Origin: a virus
Taxonomy: Duplodnaviria > Heunggongvirae > Uroviricota > Caudoviricetes
Strand: one strand, 5' to 3'
Length of the DNA: 64,000 nucleotides
Virus record (IMG/VR): IMGVR_UViG_3300032050_000048
Location: 8,476 to 72,475 of that record
A program made the translations under genes and the position numbers. The notes under the pieces are model-generated. The model was given only the letters and a program-made list of their open reading frames with translations, had not been told where the DNA came from and did no database searches. Position 1 is the stretch's first letter, and each line of letters begins with the position of its first letter. This document shows positions 20,194 to 29,961 of the stretch, piece by piece.

Positions 20194-22254
20194 ATGGCAG
20201 AAATTAAAGATTGGCAATATAAAAATAAATCAACTGGTAATTGGGTTGATTGTACTAAATCACAAGCTGTTGCTTGGAAAAAGAAGGGTTATGATATTAG
20301 AAAAAAACCTGCTAATGTGGATACTATTGAAAAATGTAAGACAGATCTTGACGCTATAAAATCCGATGGATACACTAGAGTAAAGAAAGAATATTATGAC
20401 ACTTTAAGTACTACGAATTACGATAAAAAAACTTATTTGTGTAAATATAATAACACAACAAGTTATCACGTAAAAAGAAAAGGAGCACCAAACCCAGACC
20501 CTAACCCAGACCCTAACCCAGACCCTAACCCAACACCAGGACCTATTTCAAGTAAATACCAAGATTGTACTGGTAAGAAAATCAGGTTCAATGGGTGTAA
20601 AGATACCGATGGTATAATCAATAGAGTACAAGGATGTCTTGGTGTGAAACAAGATAATTTCTTTGGTCCAAAAACCGAAGAACAATTAAAACTAAAAACT
20701 GGTAAAGAATATTTTACAACGGATCAAGTTGATGCAATTTGTTCTGGAAAATTAACACCAGATGGTGAATCTGGAGCAGGTACAACAACATTTAGTTGGG
20801 ATACTTTAATTGAGAATGAGCAAATTTATAATAGTGGTCTTAAATACAAAATAAAAGACGGAACTGAAGTTTACATCATAAAAAGAGAACTTAACACAGA
20901 TAAAAAATTACCATTAGATACACTATCCGGAGCTGATCCAGAAAAGTTTGATTACTTTGTCTATTTCCCAATTCCTCAAGGACAAACAAGAGGTAATTAT
21001 GGTAAATTAATTTTCTATACAACACCAAATGGTGAAAGAAAAGTAAAGGTTGATAAGAATCAAAACTGGAAATGGGAAGCTGAAGAAAACATTGAGTCAT
21101 TTGATGTTATGGAAGGTAGTATAAAGAAACTATTAAATAATATTTTATCCGAACAAAAACATTATGGTGGTCCGGCAGATAGAAGAAGTTCTGACCAATC
21201 TGGAGGTAGTCCATCAACAAGTCAAACATCCGGAGTACAACAGACTGGTGGTTCTGGGGCATCCGGAGTGCAACAGACTGGCGGTTCTGGGGTTACAAAT
21301 GTAAAACCAAATCCTAATGATGTTAAAAAGGTTATTGAACCAATAAGACTTGAAACAATTGGATTATTAAACCAAATTAAAGAAAATCTTAAATTTAAGG
21401 CTGCGGCATCACCAGAAGATAGAAAAAATTTAGATGATGCAATAACTTTACTTAAGAATTTTGATTCTTCTAAAGCTTGTGATAATATCACTCTAATTGA
21501 TGAAAATTTAACATTTTTAAATCAAATGATTAAGGCTAATGAAGGTGGTTTTGGTAAAAAAGACATTGTTGATTTAGCAAAACAAGTAAGAACCAATTTA
21601 GAAAAAGTTAAATCTGAATGCCAGAGACTAGAAAATGAGGCTGTATCAAAATCTAAAATTAGTCAACAACAAGTGACACAACCTAATACAATGACTGGTA
21701 CACAAACCACAACACAACCTAATCAACAAGGTAGTGTGACAACAACATCACAAACTAATCAAACAACACAACAAAATAAAATGACAGGATCTGAAGAACC
21801 GATACAAGAGTTTGACTTATCAAGAGACGCATGTAGAAATAAAATTAAAGAACTTCATTTGGCCGCGTTCCCACCTAGACTTCGTGCTGATGAGTCAGAT
21901 ATTAAAGATATTCCATTAGCTAAAAAAGAGATAATCTGGTGCGCAAGAGAATACCCATTTGGAAAAGTATTTGGCGCTAAAGATGAACTTCAGGAATTGA
22001 TTAAATGTAGAACTGAAAAGAATAGAAAATTACAAAAAGGGCGTAACGAATACTGTTTGTATGATGTTAAAAATCAAATTGAACTTAAAACTGAAAGTAT
22101 TGTTAGTAACCAGGTTAATAACCTACTAACTGAAAAAAGAAATAATAAATCAAAAATTAGTTCTTTAATTTCTGAAGCGGTAGTTGCAAAAAGAAAAGAA
22201 AAGACAAGAGATGTAATAGCCGAAGATTTAATTAGAATGATTAAAGGTTATTAA
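20194..22254 (+). CDS. Large protein with PNPD repeats and Q/T-rich low-complexity segments
   Basis: 686 aa; 12-bp repeat at 20491-20533 and 33-bp repeat at 21228-21295. Confidence 0.5.
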   Translation: MAEIKDWQYKNKSTGNWVDCTKSQAVAWKKKGYDIRKKPANVDTIEKCKTDLDAIKSDGYTRVKKEYYDTLSTTNYDKKTYLCKYNNTTSYHVKRKGAPNPDPNPDPNPDPNPTPGPISSKYQDCTGKKIRFNGCKDTDGIINRVQGCLGVKQDNFFGPKTEEQLKLKTGKEYFTTDQVDAICSGKLTPDGESGAGTTTFSWDTLIENEQIYNSGLKYKIKDGTEVYIIKRELNTDKKLPLDTLSGADPEKFDYFVYFPIPQGQTRGNYGKLIFYTTPNGERKVKVDKNQNWKWEAEENIESFDVMEGSIKKLLNNILSEQKHYGGPADRRSSDQSGGSPSTSQTSGVQQTGGSGASGVQQTGGSGVTNVKPNPNDVKKVIEPIRLETIGLLNQIKENLKFKAAASPEDRKNLDDAITLLKNFDSSKACDNITLIDENLTFLNQMIKANEGGFGKKDIVDLAKQVRTNLEKVKSECQRLENEAVSKSKISQQQVTQPNTMTGTQTTTQPNQQGSVTTTSQTNQTTQQNKMTGSEEPIQEFDLSRDACRNKIKELHLAAFPPRLRADESDIKDIPLAKKEIIWCAREYPFGKVFGAKDELQELIKCRTEKNRKLQKGRNEYCLYDVKNQIELKTESIVSNQVNNLLTEKRNNKSKISSLISEAVVAKRKEKTRDVIAEDLIRMIKGY
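20491..20533 (+). repeat. 12-bp tandem repeat (AACCCAGACCCT x3.5) encoding PNPDPNPDPNPDPNP
   Basis: Direct reading. Confidence 0.85.
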
Positions 22255-22326
22255 TGAAACTTACCGGATGTAGTTGTCTGGTATGTATAAACCATCTAAA
22301 AGAAGGAGGTGTTCATTATCTAGCAA

Positions 22327-22355
22327 AATAGGAACTTAGGTTCCTATTTTGTTTT
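22327..22355 (+). terminator. Rho-independent terminator
   Basis: Hairpin aataggaacttaggttcctatt followed by a T-run. Confidence 0.6.
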
Positions 22356-23053
22356 TATAAAAGATATATTTTTTTTATATATTCAATATCTTCAATAGGT
22401 AATTTTTTTCCGGTGTAAATCCCATAATACCATTTCTCAATTAGTTTACCACCTTTTCTATATAAATGTCCAGTATCTAAAATCCAAGGACTTGACCCAA
22501 AAATTTTCCAGTCACTAGTTTTACTTAACTCAGATCCGCGTATTTCAAAATCCCAAAGTGTTGTACATTTTTTTGCATAATTAACAAAAAAATCTTTATT
22601 CCATATTGATGAGGTACAAGAAATTCTATATTCGGTATTATGTTCGTTTTCAAAAATATCTAAACCGTTTTTATGTTCTATATTTTTATGTAATCTTCTG
22701 AAATTATCTTTGGTCAGACCAATCCTACCAATTTTATCATTGTTTTTTATTACATCAACAAGAGTATTAAATAAATTATGATTAACTCTATCAACTAATG
22801 GCTTATCATCAACCTCAAAAACAAAAAACTTATCTGACACCGATTCAAAATATTCAGAAACTTGAGAACAAATAGTATCCACACCTAAATCTATTCCTAT
22901 AGAAACAAATTTAGCATGTACTGGCAGCTTGTCCGGGGACTTATAACCTAAAATCACAACTTCAATTTCAGGCCAATATTTTTTAAAACTATAGTCAATC
23001 ATTTTACAGGTTTCGTTGACTAATCTATCTGATGTTAAAATGTAAAACTTCAT
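22355..23053 (-). CDS. Hypothetical protein, divergent from the glycosyltransferase genes
   Basis: 232-aa ORF. Confidence 0.45.
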   Translation of the reverse strand: MKFYILTSDRLVNETCKMIDYSFKKYWPEIEVVILGYKSPDKLPVHAKFVSIGIDLGVDTICSQVSEYFESVSDKFFVFEVDDKPLVDRVNHNLFNTLVDVIKNNDKIGRIGLTKDNFRRLHKNIEHKNGLDIFENEHNTEYRISCTSSIWNKDFFVNYAKKCTTLWDFEIRGSELSKTSDWKIFGSSPWILDTGHLYRKGGKLIEKWYYGIYTGKKLPIEDIEYIKKIYLL

Positions 23054-23056
23054 TCA

Positions 23057-23872
23057 TTGGAAAATATACAATATAAATATTTATTTTATATATTATACAT
23101 AATGATATTAGTTGAAAACTTTAAAAAAAATCAAATTGTGGATTTAGAAATTGACTATTTTTTAGACCGAATTAAAAATAAAGACTTTTTTTCGTATTCA
23201 CGATTTAATGATGGTGAATTAATATGCGCCATTAAAAATTTTACAGAAGTTGGGTCAACACACAATTGTGATAAACACGAGTATTTCCCAGATTTAGGGT
23301 TAGATTTAATACAATCTTTAAATAACGCCGATAATAAAAATTATTTCATACAATACTTATCGGCATTTATAAACAACTCAAAATATATTGAGTACACTGA
23401 AACGTTATTAAAAAATAACAAATTAAATGGTCAATACGTTAGTAGTGATTTTCTACAAATTATGTTAAGGTACAAACCTGAAGAGTTTAAAAAGTTTATT
23501 GATATTTTAAATCAAAATCAAATTATGATTGTTGGTCCAGAATATTTAAATAAGTTTAAATTATTAAATATTACCGATTTTATTCAGGTACCAACTAAAA
23601 ATTGTTATTTACACAAAGATAGAATTCTGCATGAGATAAGAAATAAATTAAAAGAAAATCAAATAGTGTTATTTTCATCTTCTATGGCAACAAATTCATT
23701 TATTAATGTGCTGTTTGCTGAATATGGTAATACTAATTTTTTTATTGACGCCGGATCAATATGGGATATTTTTTTCTATAAAACAAATCCAGAAATAAAA
23801 CAGAGAAGTGTTAATTTTGATAAAATAACACAATTTAGTAACTGGTATAAAGATTTTTTTATTGATAATTAA
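23057..23872 (+). CDS. GT-D (DUF1792)-like glycosyltransferase candidate
   Basis: SRFNDGEL resembles the RFGDGE signature of DUF1792/GT-D enzymes. Confidence 0.4.
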   Translation: MENIQYKYLFYILYIMILVENFKKNQIVDLEIDYFLDRIKNKDFFSYSRFNDGELICAIKNFTEVGSTHNCDKHEYFPDLGLDLIQSLNNADNKNYFIQYLSAFINNSKYIEYTETLLKNNKLNGQYVSSDFLQIMLRYKPEEFKKFIDILNQNQIMIVGPEYLNKFKLLNITDFIQVPTKNCYLHKDRILHEIRNKLKENQIVLFSSSMATNSFINVLFAEYGNTNFFIDAGSIWDIFFYKTNPEIKQRSVNFDKITQFSNWYKDFFIDN

Positions 23873-23874
23873 AA

Positions 23875-24447
23875 ATGCAAAAATTTTTAATAAACTTAAA
23901 AAGAAGAAACGATAGATTAAAATTACTTAATCTACCATTTGAATATACCCTATTTGAGGCTACGGATGGTAAAACAAAATATTCTACCCACCCAGAAAAC
24001 GAACAGGGGTTTATGGGTTGTCTAGATAGTCATAGAAGATTATTTTCTTTTGCTAAAGAAAGTAAAATAAATACACTTATGGTACTTGAGGATGATGTTG
24101 TTGTTGACGAAAACTTTATTTCAAAATTAAACAAGGTTATGAGTGAACTTCCGGAAGATTGGGATTTACTTTACTTAGGTGGTTGGAATATTGGGGAAAA
24201 GGTAAAATATTCGGAATCTTTAGATATTGCACATAAAGTATATACAACTCACGCATTTATAGTTAAAAACAAATTTTTTGACACAATAATAAATAATATA
24301 AATTCTAGAGATTGGAAAGTTGATGTTTTAATAAGTGAAATTTTAGAAACTGGTAAATGTTTTATATGTAACCCAGTGATAGCGTGGCAAAGAGAGGGGT
24401 TTAGTGATATTGAAAATAAAATAACAAACAATATACATTTAATGTGA
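23875..24447 (+). CDS. Glycosyltransferase family 25 (LPS/LOS beta-glycosyltransferase-like)
   Basis: INLKRRNDR near the N-terminus, GCLDSHRRLF, and LMVLEDDVVV match GT25 motifs. Confidence 0.65.
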   Translation: MQKFLINLKRRNDRLKLLNLPFEYTLFEATDGKTKYSTHPENEQGFMGCLDSHRRLFSFAKESKINTLMVLEDDVVVDENFISKLNKVMSELPEDWDLLYLGGWNIGEKVKYSESLDIAHKVYTTHAFIVKNKFFDTIINNINSRDWKVDVLISEILETGKCFICNPVIAWQREGFSDIENKITNNIHLM

Positions 24448-24448
24448 T

Positions 24449-26101
24449 ATGGATAGGAGAATTGTAAATGTTGCGTCATATAATAGGGTTGATTCTTTAA
24501 TAATTTCATTAAAGTCAATTTACGACCAGTGTGATGAGATTAATGTTTGTTTGAACGACCATAAGGGTGTTATCCCAGATTTTTTACAACAACCAAAAAT
24601 TAATTTAACAATGACTGACAACTCAAAAGGTGACGCATTCAAGTTTTTAAAGTTAAATGATTCTAACGGATATTTTATTACAATAGATGATGATCTAGTT
24701 TACCCTCAAGGCTATGTTGAATTTATGGTTACAAAGTGTAAAGAAAATGATAACAAAAAAATCATAACACTACACGGAAGAAATTTTAATAAATTCCCAA
24801 TACCAAGTTATTATAATTCGGCATCAGAAGTATACCATTGTTTAAAGGAAGTTAAAAAAGACGTTGTAGTCCAATTCGGTGGAACCGGGGTTATGTGTTT
24901 TCATACATCTATTTTAAAAAAATCAATAGATGATTTCATATACCCTAATATGGCTGACGTTTGGATTGGTAAATTTGCTAAAGAAAATAAAATTGAAATA
25001 ATTTGTGTGGCACATAATTCTGGTTTTATAACTTACACATCACAAAAAACAACCATATATAATTCCGAAATAAATAAAGACACTTTACAAACTAAAATTG
25101 TTAATGAAATGTTTGGTTTTACAAAAAAACCAGAATTATCTGTGGTGATTCCAGCATATAACTGTAAAAACCATATTGATGATTGTATTATGTCAATTAT
25201 TAAATCAGGTAGAGATAATGATATTGAAATTTTGGTTGGTGTTGATGGATGTATTGATACGTTAAATCATATTAAGAATAAAAATTACCACAACGTTAAA
25301 TATTTTTATTTTACAGAAAACAAGGGTCCATACTCAATAAAAAACACTTTGGCTAATATGTCAAAGTCAGATAAACTATTATTTTTTGATTCTGATGACA
25401 TTATGAACCAAAATATGATTGGTCTAACAATAAAAGAACTCAATAACTATATTTGTGTTAAACCAAAATATGAAGAATTTGGTGACAGAAATAAAATACG
25501 TAAGTTTGGTGAGGGTGTTTTTGGTATTGGTAAAGAAACTTTTTTACAAATGAATGGGTTTGAACCTTGGATGATGGCAGCAGACTCAGATTTTATGGGG
25601 AGACTATATAAAACAAAACCAAGAATTCTACACACTGAACAAGTTTTGTTTAGAAGAAGAGTTCACTCAAGTAGTTTAACAAATAGAAAGGACACTGGAA
25701 TGAGTTCTCCGCTAAGAGCTTATTATGCAAACATAAGTAAAAACAAAAAAGGACACGGAAATCCAGATAAACTAAATGTTAGGGGTTACATTGAAATAAC
25801 TCCAAATGGGGACTACATATTCCAAACATCAGATGTTGACAACATAATTCCAACACCAGAACCACCAAAAGAAAAAAATTCTGTATTAAAAATACTAGAC
25901 AGACCGCAGGTTGCTACACCACAAAAAGAAGCTAAAGAAATAAATTACGAAGAAGTAAATAAAGTAATTTACAACAAACAAACAAATAAGAAAAACCAGG
26001 GTCAAGGGGTAAACAATCAATCTGCAAAAACACTTAATATTAAGAAAAAACTTTTTGAAAATATTAAAGGAGGTATTACTAGAGAGTCAAGAAGGATTTG
26101 A
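24449..26101 (+). CDS. Two-domain glycosyltransferase (C-terminal GT2 domain)
   Basis: LSVVIPAYNCKNHIDDCIMSI...VGVDGCIDT...FFDSDDIM gives the GT2 DxD context; the N-terminal half is a second GT-like domain. Confidence 0.6.
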   Translation: MDRRIVNVASYNRVDSLIISLKSIYDQCDEINVCLNDHKGVIPDFLQQPKINLTMTDNSKGDAFKFLKLNDSNGYFITIDDDLVYPQGYVEFMVTKCKENDNKKIITLHGRNFNKFPIPSYYNSASEVYHCLKEVKKDVVVQFGGTGVMCFHTSILKKSIDDFIYPNMADVWIGKFAKENKIEIICVAHNSGFITYTSQKTTIYNSEINKDTLQTKIVNEMFGFTKKPELSVVIPAYNCKNHIDDCIMSIIKSGRDNDIEILVGVDGCIDTLNHIKNKNYHNVKYFYFTENKGPYSIKNTLANMSKSDKLLFFDSDDIMNQNMIGLTIKELNNYICVKPKYEEFGDRNKIRKFGEGVFGIGKETFLQMNGFEPWMMAADSDFMGRLYKTKPRILHTEQVLFRRRVHSSSLTNRKDTGMSSPLRAYYANISKNKKGHGNPDKLNVRGYIEITPNGDYIFQTSDVDNIIPTPEPPKEKNSVLKILDRPQVATPQKEAKEINYEEVNKVIYNKQTNKKNQGQGVNNQSAKTLNIKKKLFENIKGGITRESRRI

Positions 26102-26143
26102 TAGTTATTAATTTTATTTATATTTTTATCTAAAATTAAACCT

Positions 26144-26329
26144 ATGTATGTTATTGTAAAATTTATTAAAAACAAAAAAACAAATAAACACCTTCCGGTT
26201 ATCCTTTTAAATACTCAAAGTGAGATTTGGGAGTTTAAAACAAAAAGTGAGGCCGATCAAATAAAAGATGTTTTTGAAAAAAATTCTGATTCTGGTTACA
26301 TTTATGATGTCAAAAAAATTGGTCAATAA
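26144..26329 (+). CDS. Small hypothetical protein
   Basis: 61-aa ORF. Confidence 0.35.
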   Translation: MYVIVKFIKNKKTNKHLPVILLNTQSEIWEFKTKSEADQIKDVFEKNSDSGYIYDVKKIGQ

Positions 26330-26451
26330 TGGATGATGTATTTGAAGAAATTCATAATGAATTTGTAAACTCCGAAGATTATTATTATTTCATAAAAGAA
26401 ATGATGGAATACAATTATGAAGAATCACAAGAATAGTGATATTTATAAAGT

Positions 26452-26895
26452 ATGAAAAGAAGAATAAGATTAACGGAAAGTCAATTAGTTTCTTTGATAC
26501 AACGAATTGTTGAGGAAGAAAAGTATTCAGAGGAAGATTTGACATTTCCAAATGAAGTTTACGGTAAGGATTGTATTATCCGGGCAGCAAGAAAAAAACG
26601 AACAAATATGCCTGGTCGTGAATATGGGGCTGTTGTATTATGTGATGTTAATGATACCGGCAATTTATTTGTTGTTGGTGAATTAACGGTTTTTGGAAAA
26701 ACTGAAGAAGAGGTTAACCAACGTATTTGTCAAAACATAGAACAGGTAAAAGCTGAGTACGATGAGCTATTCCAAGGAGAGGAAGAAACCCTTATGGAGT
26801 CAATTGAGAGTTCAAGATGGGACGTAAGTGATCGGCCAATTTCTTGTGATTTTTATGACCAGGAGTATGAAAATCCTTGGGAATATAGAGGATAA
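26452..26895 (+). CDS. Hypothetical protein with N-terminal leader (MKRRIRLTESQLVSLIQRIVEEEKY)
   Basis: Leader family member. Confidence 0.55.
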   Translation: MKRRIRLTESQLVSLIQRIVEEEKYSEEDLTFPNEVYGKDCIIRAARKKRTNMPGREYGAVVLCDVNDTGNLFVVGELTVFGKTEEEVNQRICQNIEQVKAEYDELFQGEEETLMESIESSRWDVSDRPISCDFYDQEYENPWEYRG

Positions 26896-27361
26896 TTAAA
26901 AAAACATTTGTCAATTAAAAAAAATAACCTATATTTGTAAAAGAAAATTAAACTTTTTGTAAAACACATATATTTATAACGAAATGAAAACAACACAGAT
27001 AAATATGAACTTTAATAACCCGTGTCAGAGCTGGGTCAAGTCGTATATTACGCTTCATAAATTTCCGTGTCTTTCATTTAATAGTACAATGTAACGTATC
27101 ATCAAATATAAAAGTGAAAGACCCGGATCCAAAAGACCCGGGTTTTTTGTTTTAAATTGGTCTCTTAGTTTAACTGGAAAAATACGACTCTTGTAAAGTT
27201 GAGTTGTCGGGTCAGTTCCGACAGGGACCTCAAAAAAGAAAATGTTCTTTGACATATCGGCCTTAAAAGGAGAGGTAATCACAGCGGCCTGTGATCCCGT
27301 CTTGAAAACGGTGAGTACCGAAAGGTATGGGGGTCGGCACCTCATCTCTCCTCTTTTATAA

Positions 27362-27435
27362 TGTCCTGTAGACGAATTGGCAGAGTCACCTCACTTTGAA
27401 CGAGGAGTATGGAGGTTCAACCCCTTCCGGGACAA
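27362..27435 (+). tRNA. tRNA-Gln (anticodon TTG)
   Basis: Cloverleaf read by hand. Acceptor tgtcctg/cgggaca (one G-U). Anticodon loop ctTTGaa. T arm ggagg-ttcaacc-ccttc. Confidence 0.65.
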
Positions 27436-27448
27436 CAATAATAAACAT

Positions 27449-27522
27449 AGGGTAGTTGGCTAATTGGCTAAGCCGCCTCGTTTGGGACGAGGAAGATGCA
27501 GGTTCAAGTCCTGTCTACCCTA
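27449..27522 (+). tRNA. tRNA-Pro (TGG)
   Basis: Acceptor agggtag/ctaccct. D stem ggct/agcc. Anticodon stem cctcg/cgagg, loop ttTGGga. T arm gcagg-ttcaagt-cctgt. Confidence 0.8.
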
Positions 27523-27539
27523 CTAAAAAACTATAAGTT

Positions 27540-27728
27540 ATGATAACAAACGAAGAATGTGAAAAAATTTCTATCAAAGGTAAGTTGAGTGGTTTAAATA
27601 ATTACTATATTAGCCTTGTTAAAATTAGTAAGGACCCATCATATCGTGGGGATTTAAGTGAAGAACTTAAAAGAGTGGAAACAGAAATAAAAATAAACAA
27701 TCAAAAACTAATGTCTTATGAAAAGTGA
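27540..27728 (+). CDS. Small hypothetical protein located between tRNA genes
   Basis: 62-aa ORF. Confidence 0.3.
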   Translation: MITNEECEKISIKGKLSGLNNYYISLVKISKDPSYRGDLSEELKRVETEIKINNQKLMSYEK

Positions 27729-27745
27729 CAAGTATGACAAACGAA

Positions 27746-27818
27746 ACCCCTCGTAGCTTAATCGGGAAAGCACCATACTTTTAATATGGGGAGAATCGGA
27801 TCGTAACCGGTCGGGGGG
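27746..27818 (+). tRNA. tRNA-Lys (TTT)
   Basis: Acceptor cccctcg/cgggggg (U-G). Anticodon stem ccata/tatgg, loop ctTTTaa. Unusual T loop atcgtaa. Confidence 0.7.
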
Positions 27819-27828
27819 ACAAAAAACA

Positions 27829-27902
27829 CACACTCTTAGCTCAGTTGGTAGTAGCGGTTGTTTTACATACAACAGGTCATAGGTTCAAGTCCTATAGGGT
27901 GT
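27829..27902 (+). tRNA. tRNA-Val (TAC)
   Basis: Acceptor acactct/agggtgt. Anticodon stem gttgt/acaac, loop ttTACat. T arm atagg-ttcaagt-cctat. Confidence 0.75.
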
Positions 27903-28036
27903 ACAATAGGTTGATTAGGGAAGTACATAACGTTAACGTGTCAGTAGTTCGTAGTTATGTGGGAGTTTTAACTGTCATAGTAAAGCTAATCGTAAAATCA
28001 GATGTCCACAGAACCATCTTCTGATTTCCTAAACTT

Positions 28037-28117
28037 GGGAGAGTTGAGCAATTGGTTGGCTCAGCAGACTGTAAATCTGTCGCGAAAGCCTTGGGGGTTC
28101 AAGTCCCTCCTCTCCCA
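28037..28117 (+). tRNA. tRNA-Tyr (GTA), bacterial type II with long variable arm
   Basis: Acceptor gggagag/ctctccc. D arm gagc-aattggttg-gctc. Anticodon loop ctGTAaa. 13-nt variable arm. Confidence 0.8.
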
Positions 28118-28126
28118 CAACAAAAT

Positions 28127-28199
28127 GGACAAGTAGCTCAATTGGTAGAGCAATCGGCTGTTAACCGATAGGTTGTAGGATCGTACCCTTCCTTGTCCG
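28127..28199 (+). tRNA. tRNA-Asn (GTT)
   Basis: Acceptor ggacaag/cttgtcc. D arm gctc-aattggta-gagc. Anticodon stem atcgg/ccgat, loop ctGTTaa. Confidence 0.8.
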
Positions 28200-28205
28200 C
28201 AATAA

Positions 28206-28278
28206 GTTCACGTAGCTCAATTGGTAGAGTGCCGATCTGATATGTCGGAGGTAATGGGATCGTAACCCGTCGTGAACA
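28206..28278 (+). tRNA. tRNA-Ile (GAT)
   Basis: Acceptor gttcacg/cgtgaac. Anticodon stem ccgat/gtcgg, loop ctGATat. T arm atggg-atcgtaa-cccgt. Confidence 0.75.
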
Positions 28279-28435
28279 CAAAAAGAGGAATAACTTGCGT
28301 AGGTGCCTCAAGGAACTGCAGTCCTACTACGCTCTATGGAAAGTAATCCCTGAAGGCGACGGGGCATGCCTGCTAAGCATTGCGATCGGTGAGAATCCGA
28401 TTGTGGATCGTTACCACTGCTTTCCTCAACATATG

Positions 28436-28508
28436 GTGTATGTAGCTCAATCGGTAGAGCGTTGGTTTGTGGAACCAAAGGTAATGGGATCGTAACCCAT
28501 CATACACA
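28436..28508 (+). tRNA. tRNA-His (GTG)
   Basis: Acceptor gtgtatg/catacac, with an extra G immediately 5' that could be the G-1. Anticodon stem ttggt/accaa, loop ttGTGga. Confidence 0.8.
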
Positions 28509-28703
28509 CAAATAGTTCACAACGGACAAGGCTTAGGCAAGTGAGTTGAGAATGAGTCGTAGGAGATATTACCAAAATGATTAAGTTCAATAAAGGAATC
28601 GTTTGGACTACAAAAAGTTTGATACAAGAGATTGGTGGGTGGCGAGTGGTTGACCAGAACTATTTAAATATCCGATGTCGGTCCCGAGCTAGGTCGGGCA
28701 TTT

Positions 28704-28774
28704 GCGTGGTACAGACAAGGTGTCGGGTAGGTCTCCAAAACCTCACTGGGTGGGTTCAATTCCTACACCACGCG
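28704..28774 (+). tRNA. tRNA-Trp-like (CCA) with degenerate D arm (possible pseudo-tRNA)
   Basis: Acceptor gcgtggt/accacgc, G73. Anticodon arm aggt-ctCCAaa-acct as in E. coli tRNA-Trp. T arm gtggg-ttcaatt-cctac. The D region does not fold canonically. Confidence 0.4.
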
Positions 28775-28820
28775 CTAAAAATAATTTTGGTGGTTAAAAA
28801 ACTTTTTGTATCTTTGAGAT

Positions 28821-29318
28821 ATGAAAAACAGACTACCATACGAAGCAACAGGAAAGGCAATCAAAGGGTATAGTGACTCTAAAATTGCAAAAGGTGAAAC
28901 AAACGATTGTGTTGTAAGAGCATTTGCGTCCTCATTTGAGGTTTCATATGACTATGCACACAAGTATGTCGCTGAAGAGTTTAATAGACAACCAAGAAGA
29001 GGGACATTTGGGACTCCATTAAAATTTGTTAAAATGTCCGATAACAGAGTTATGATAAACGGAAAAAAAGTTCATATTGTTGGTGAAAGAAAGAACGACT
29101 ATATGTTAAGATCTTTGGATTACCCCGTTAAGGTTAAAGGTGAAGTGGTTACAAGAAAAATGACTGTTGGTACCTTTGTTAAGAAAAATCCAAAGGGAAC
29201 TTTTTTTGTACTTGTTAAAGGTCACGCTTTTACAATTAAAGATGGTGTTGTTGTTGGAAACTTTGAGGATTCTCAAAAATTGAAAAGACCGATGCGTTGT
29301 GCATTTGAAATTAAATAA
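28821..29318 (+). CDS. Hypothetical protein
   Basis: 165-aa ORF inside the tRNA island. Confidence 0.5.
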   Translation: MKNRLPYEATGKAIKGYSDSKIAKGETNDCVVRAFASSFEVSYDYAHKYVAEEFNRQPRRGTFGTPLKFVKMSDNRVMINGKKVHIVGERKNDYMLRSLDYPVKVKGEVVTRKMTVGTFVKKNPKGTFFVLVKGHAFTIKDGVVVGNFEDSQKLKRPMRCAFEIK

Positions 29319-29320
29319 AA

Positions 29321-29396
29321 GGAACTATGGTGTAAGTGTGGTGTGTCACGTTGGACTGAAAATCCAAAGGTTGGGGTTCAACTCCCTATGGTTCCA
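29321..29396 (+). tRNA. tRNA-Phe (GAA) with an over-long D region
   Basis: Acceptor ggaacta/tggttcc. Anticodon stem ttgga/tccaa, loop ctGAAaa. T arm tgggg-ttcaact-cccta. The D region is 23 nt, GT-rich. Confidence 0.6.
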
Positions 29397-29419
29397 CAAA
29401 CAAATAAATTAAGGAAATT

Positions 29420-29875
29420 ATGAACAGAGTATTCAGAAAAGTAACCGGAGAATCTGTTCCTGACATTGTAAAACATACTGTTGATATATTAAAGGAATGT
29501 CCCTGGGTTGAGGTACACATTGGTACTGACTCTCAGAATCATAGAAGAAGTACTATATATGTTACAGCAATTGCTTATAGATTTGGGAATAGGGGGGTTC
29601 ATTATATCTATCACAAACAAAAGACAAAAAAGATTAAAGATAAATGGACCAGATTATGGAATGAGGCCGATTATTCAATTGAGGTTGCAGAGTGGTTAAC
29701 CACAAAAGTGAATGTAAAGGTGGAAATAGATTTAGATTACAACAGCGACTTAAAACACTTCAGCTCAAAATTAGTCCAACCGGCTGTTGGTTGGGCGACT
29801 TCACTGGGGTACAAGACAAACATTAAACCCCACAACCAAATTGCAACAAGGGCGGCAGACCACCACTGCCGCTAA
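29420..29875 (+). CDS. Hypothetical protein
   Basis: 151-aa ORF. Confidence 0.5.
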   Translation: MNRVFRKVTGESVPDIVKHTVDILKECPWVEVHIGTDSQNHRRSTIYVTAIAYRFGNRGVHYIYHKQKTKKIKDKWTRLWNEADYSIEVAEWLTTKVNVKVEIDLDYNSDLKHFSSKLVQPAVGWATSLGYKTNIKPHNQIATRAADHHCR

Positions 29876-29879
29876 TTAT

Positions 29880-29952
29880 GAGAGGTTGTCCGAGCGGCGT
29901 TAGGTCTGTGGTTGCAACCCACAGTACGGGGGTTCAAGTCCCTCACCTCTCT
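29880..29952 (+). tRNA. tRNA-Cys (GCA) with Ser-like D arm
   Basis: Acceptor gagaggt/acctctc. Anticodon stem tgtgg/ccaca, loop ttGCAac. T arm ggggg-ttcaagt-ccctc. Confidence 0.55.
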
Positions 29953-29961
29953 CAACAAAAT

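Noticed and set aside
27055-27345. Minus-strand 96-aa ORF
   Set aside because: Overlaps a terminator hairpin, a promoter-like motif and the tRNA-Gln leader; low-complexity product; no start context.
28510-28790. Second tmRNA or a permuted tmRNA at the Trp-like tRNA
   Set aside because: No GGGG 5' partner or tag ORF. The 3' part folds acceptably as a tRNA-Trp-like gene with its acceptor only 70 nt upstream.
28295-28873. ORFs 28295..28495 and 28577..28873 inside the tRNA island
   Set aside because: They overlap tRNA-His and the Trp-like tRNA region, and the next real gene (28821). Products are Arg/Cys-rich, as expected from translating GC-rich structured RNA.
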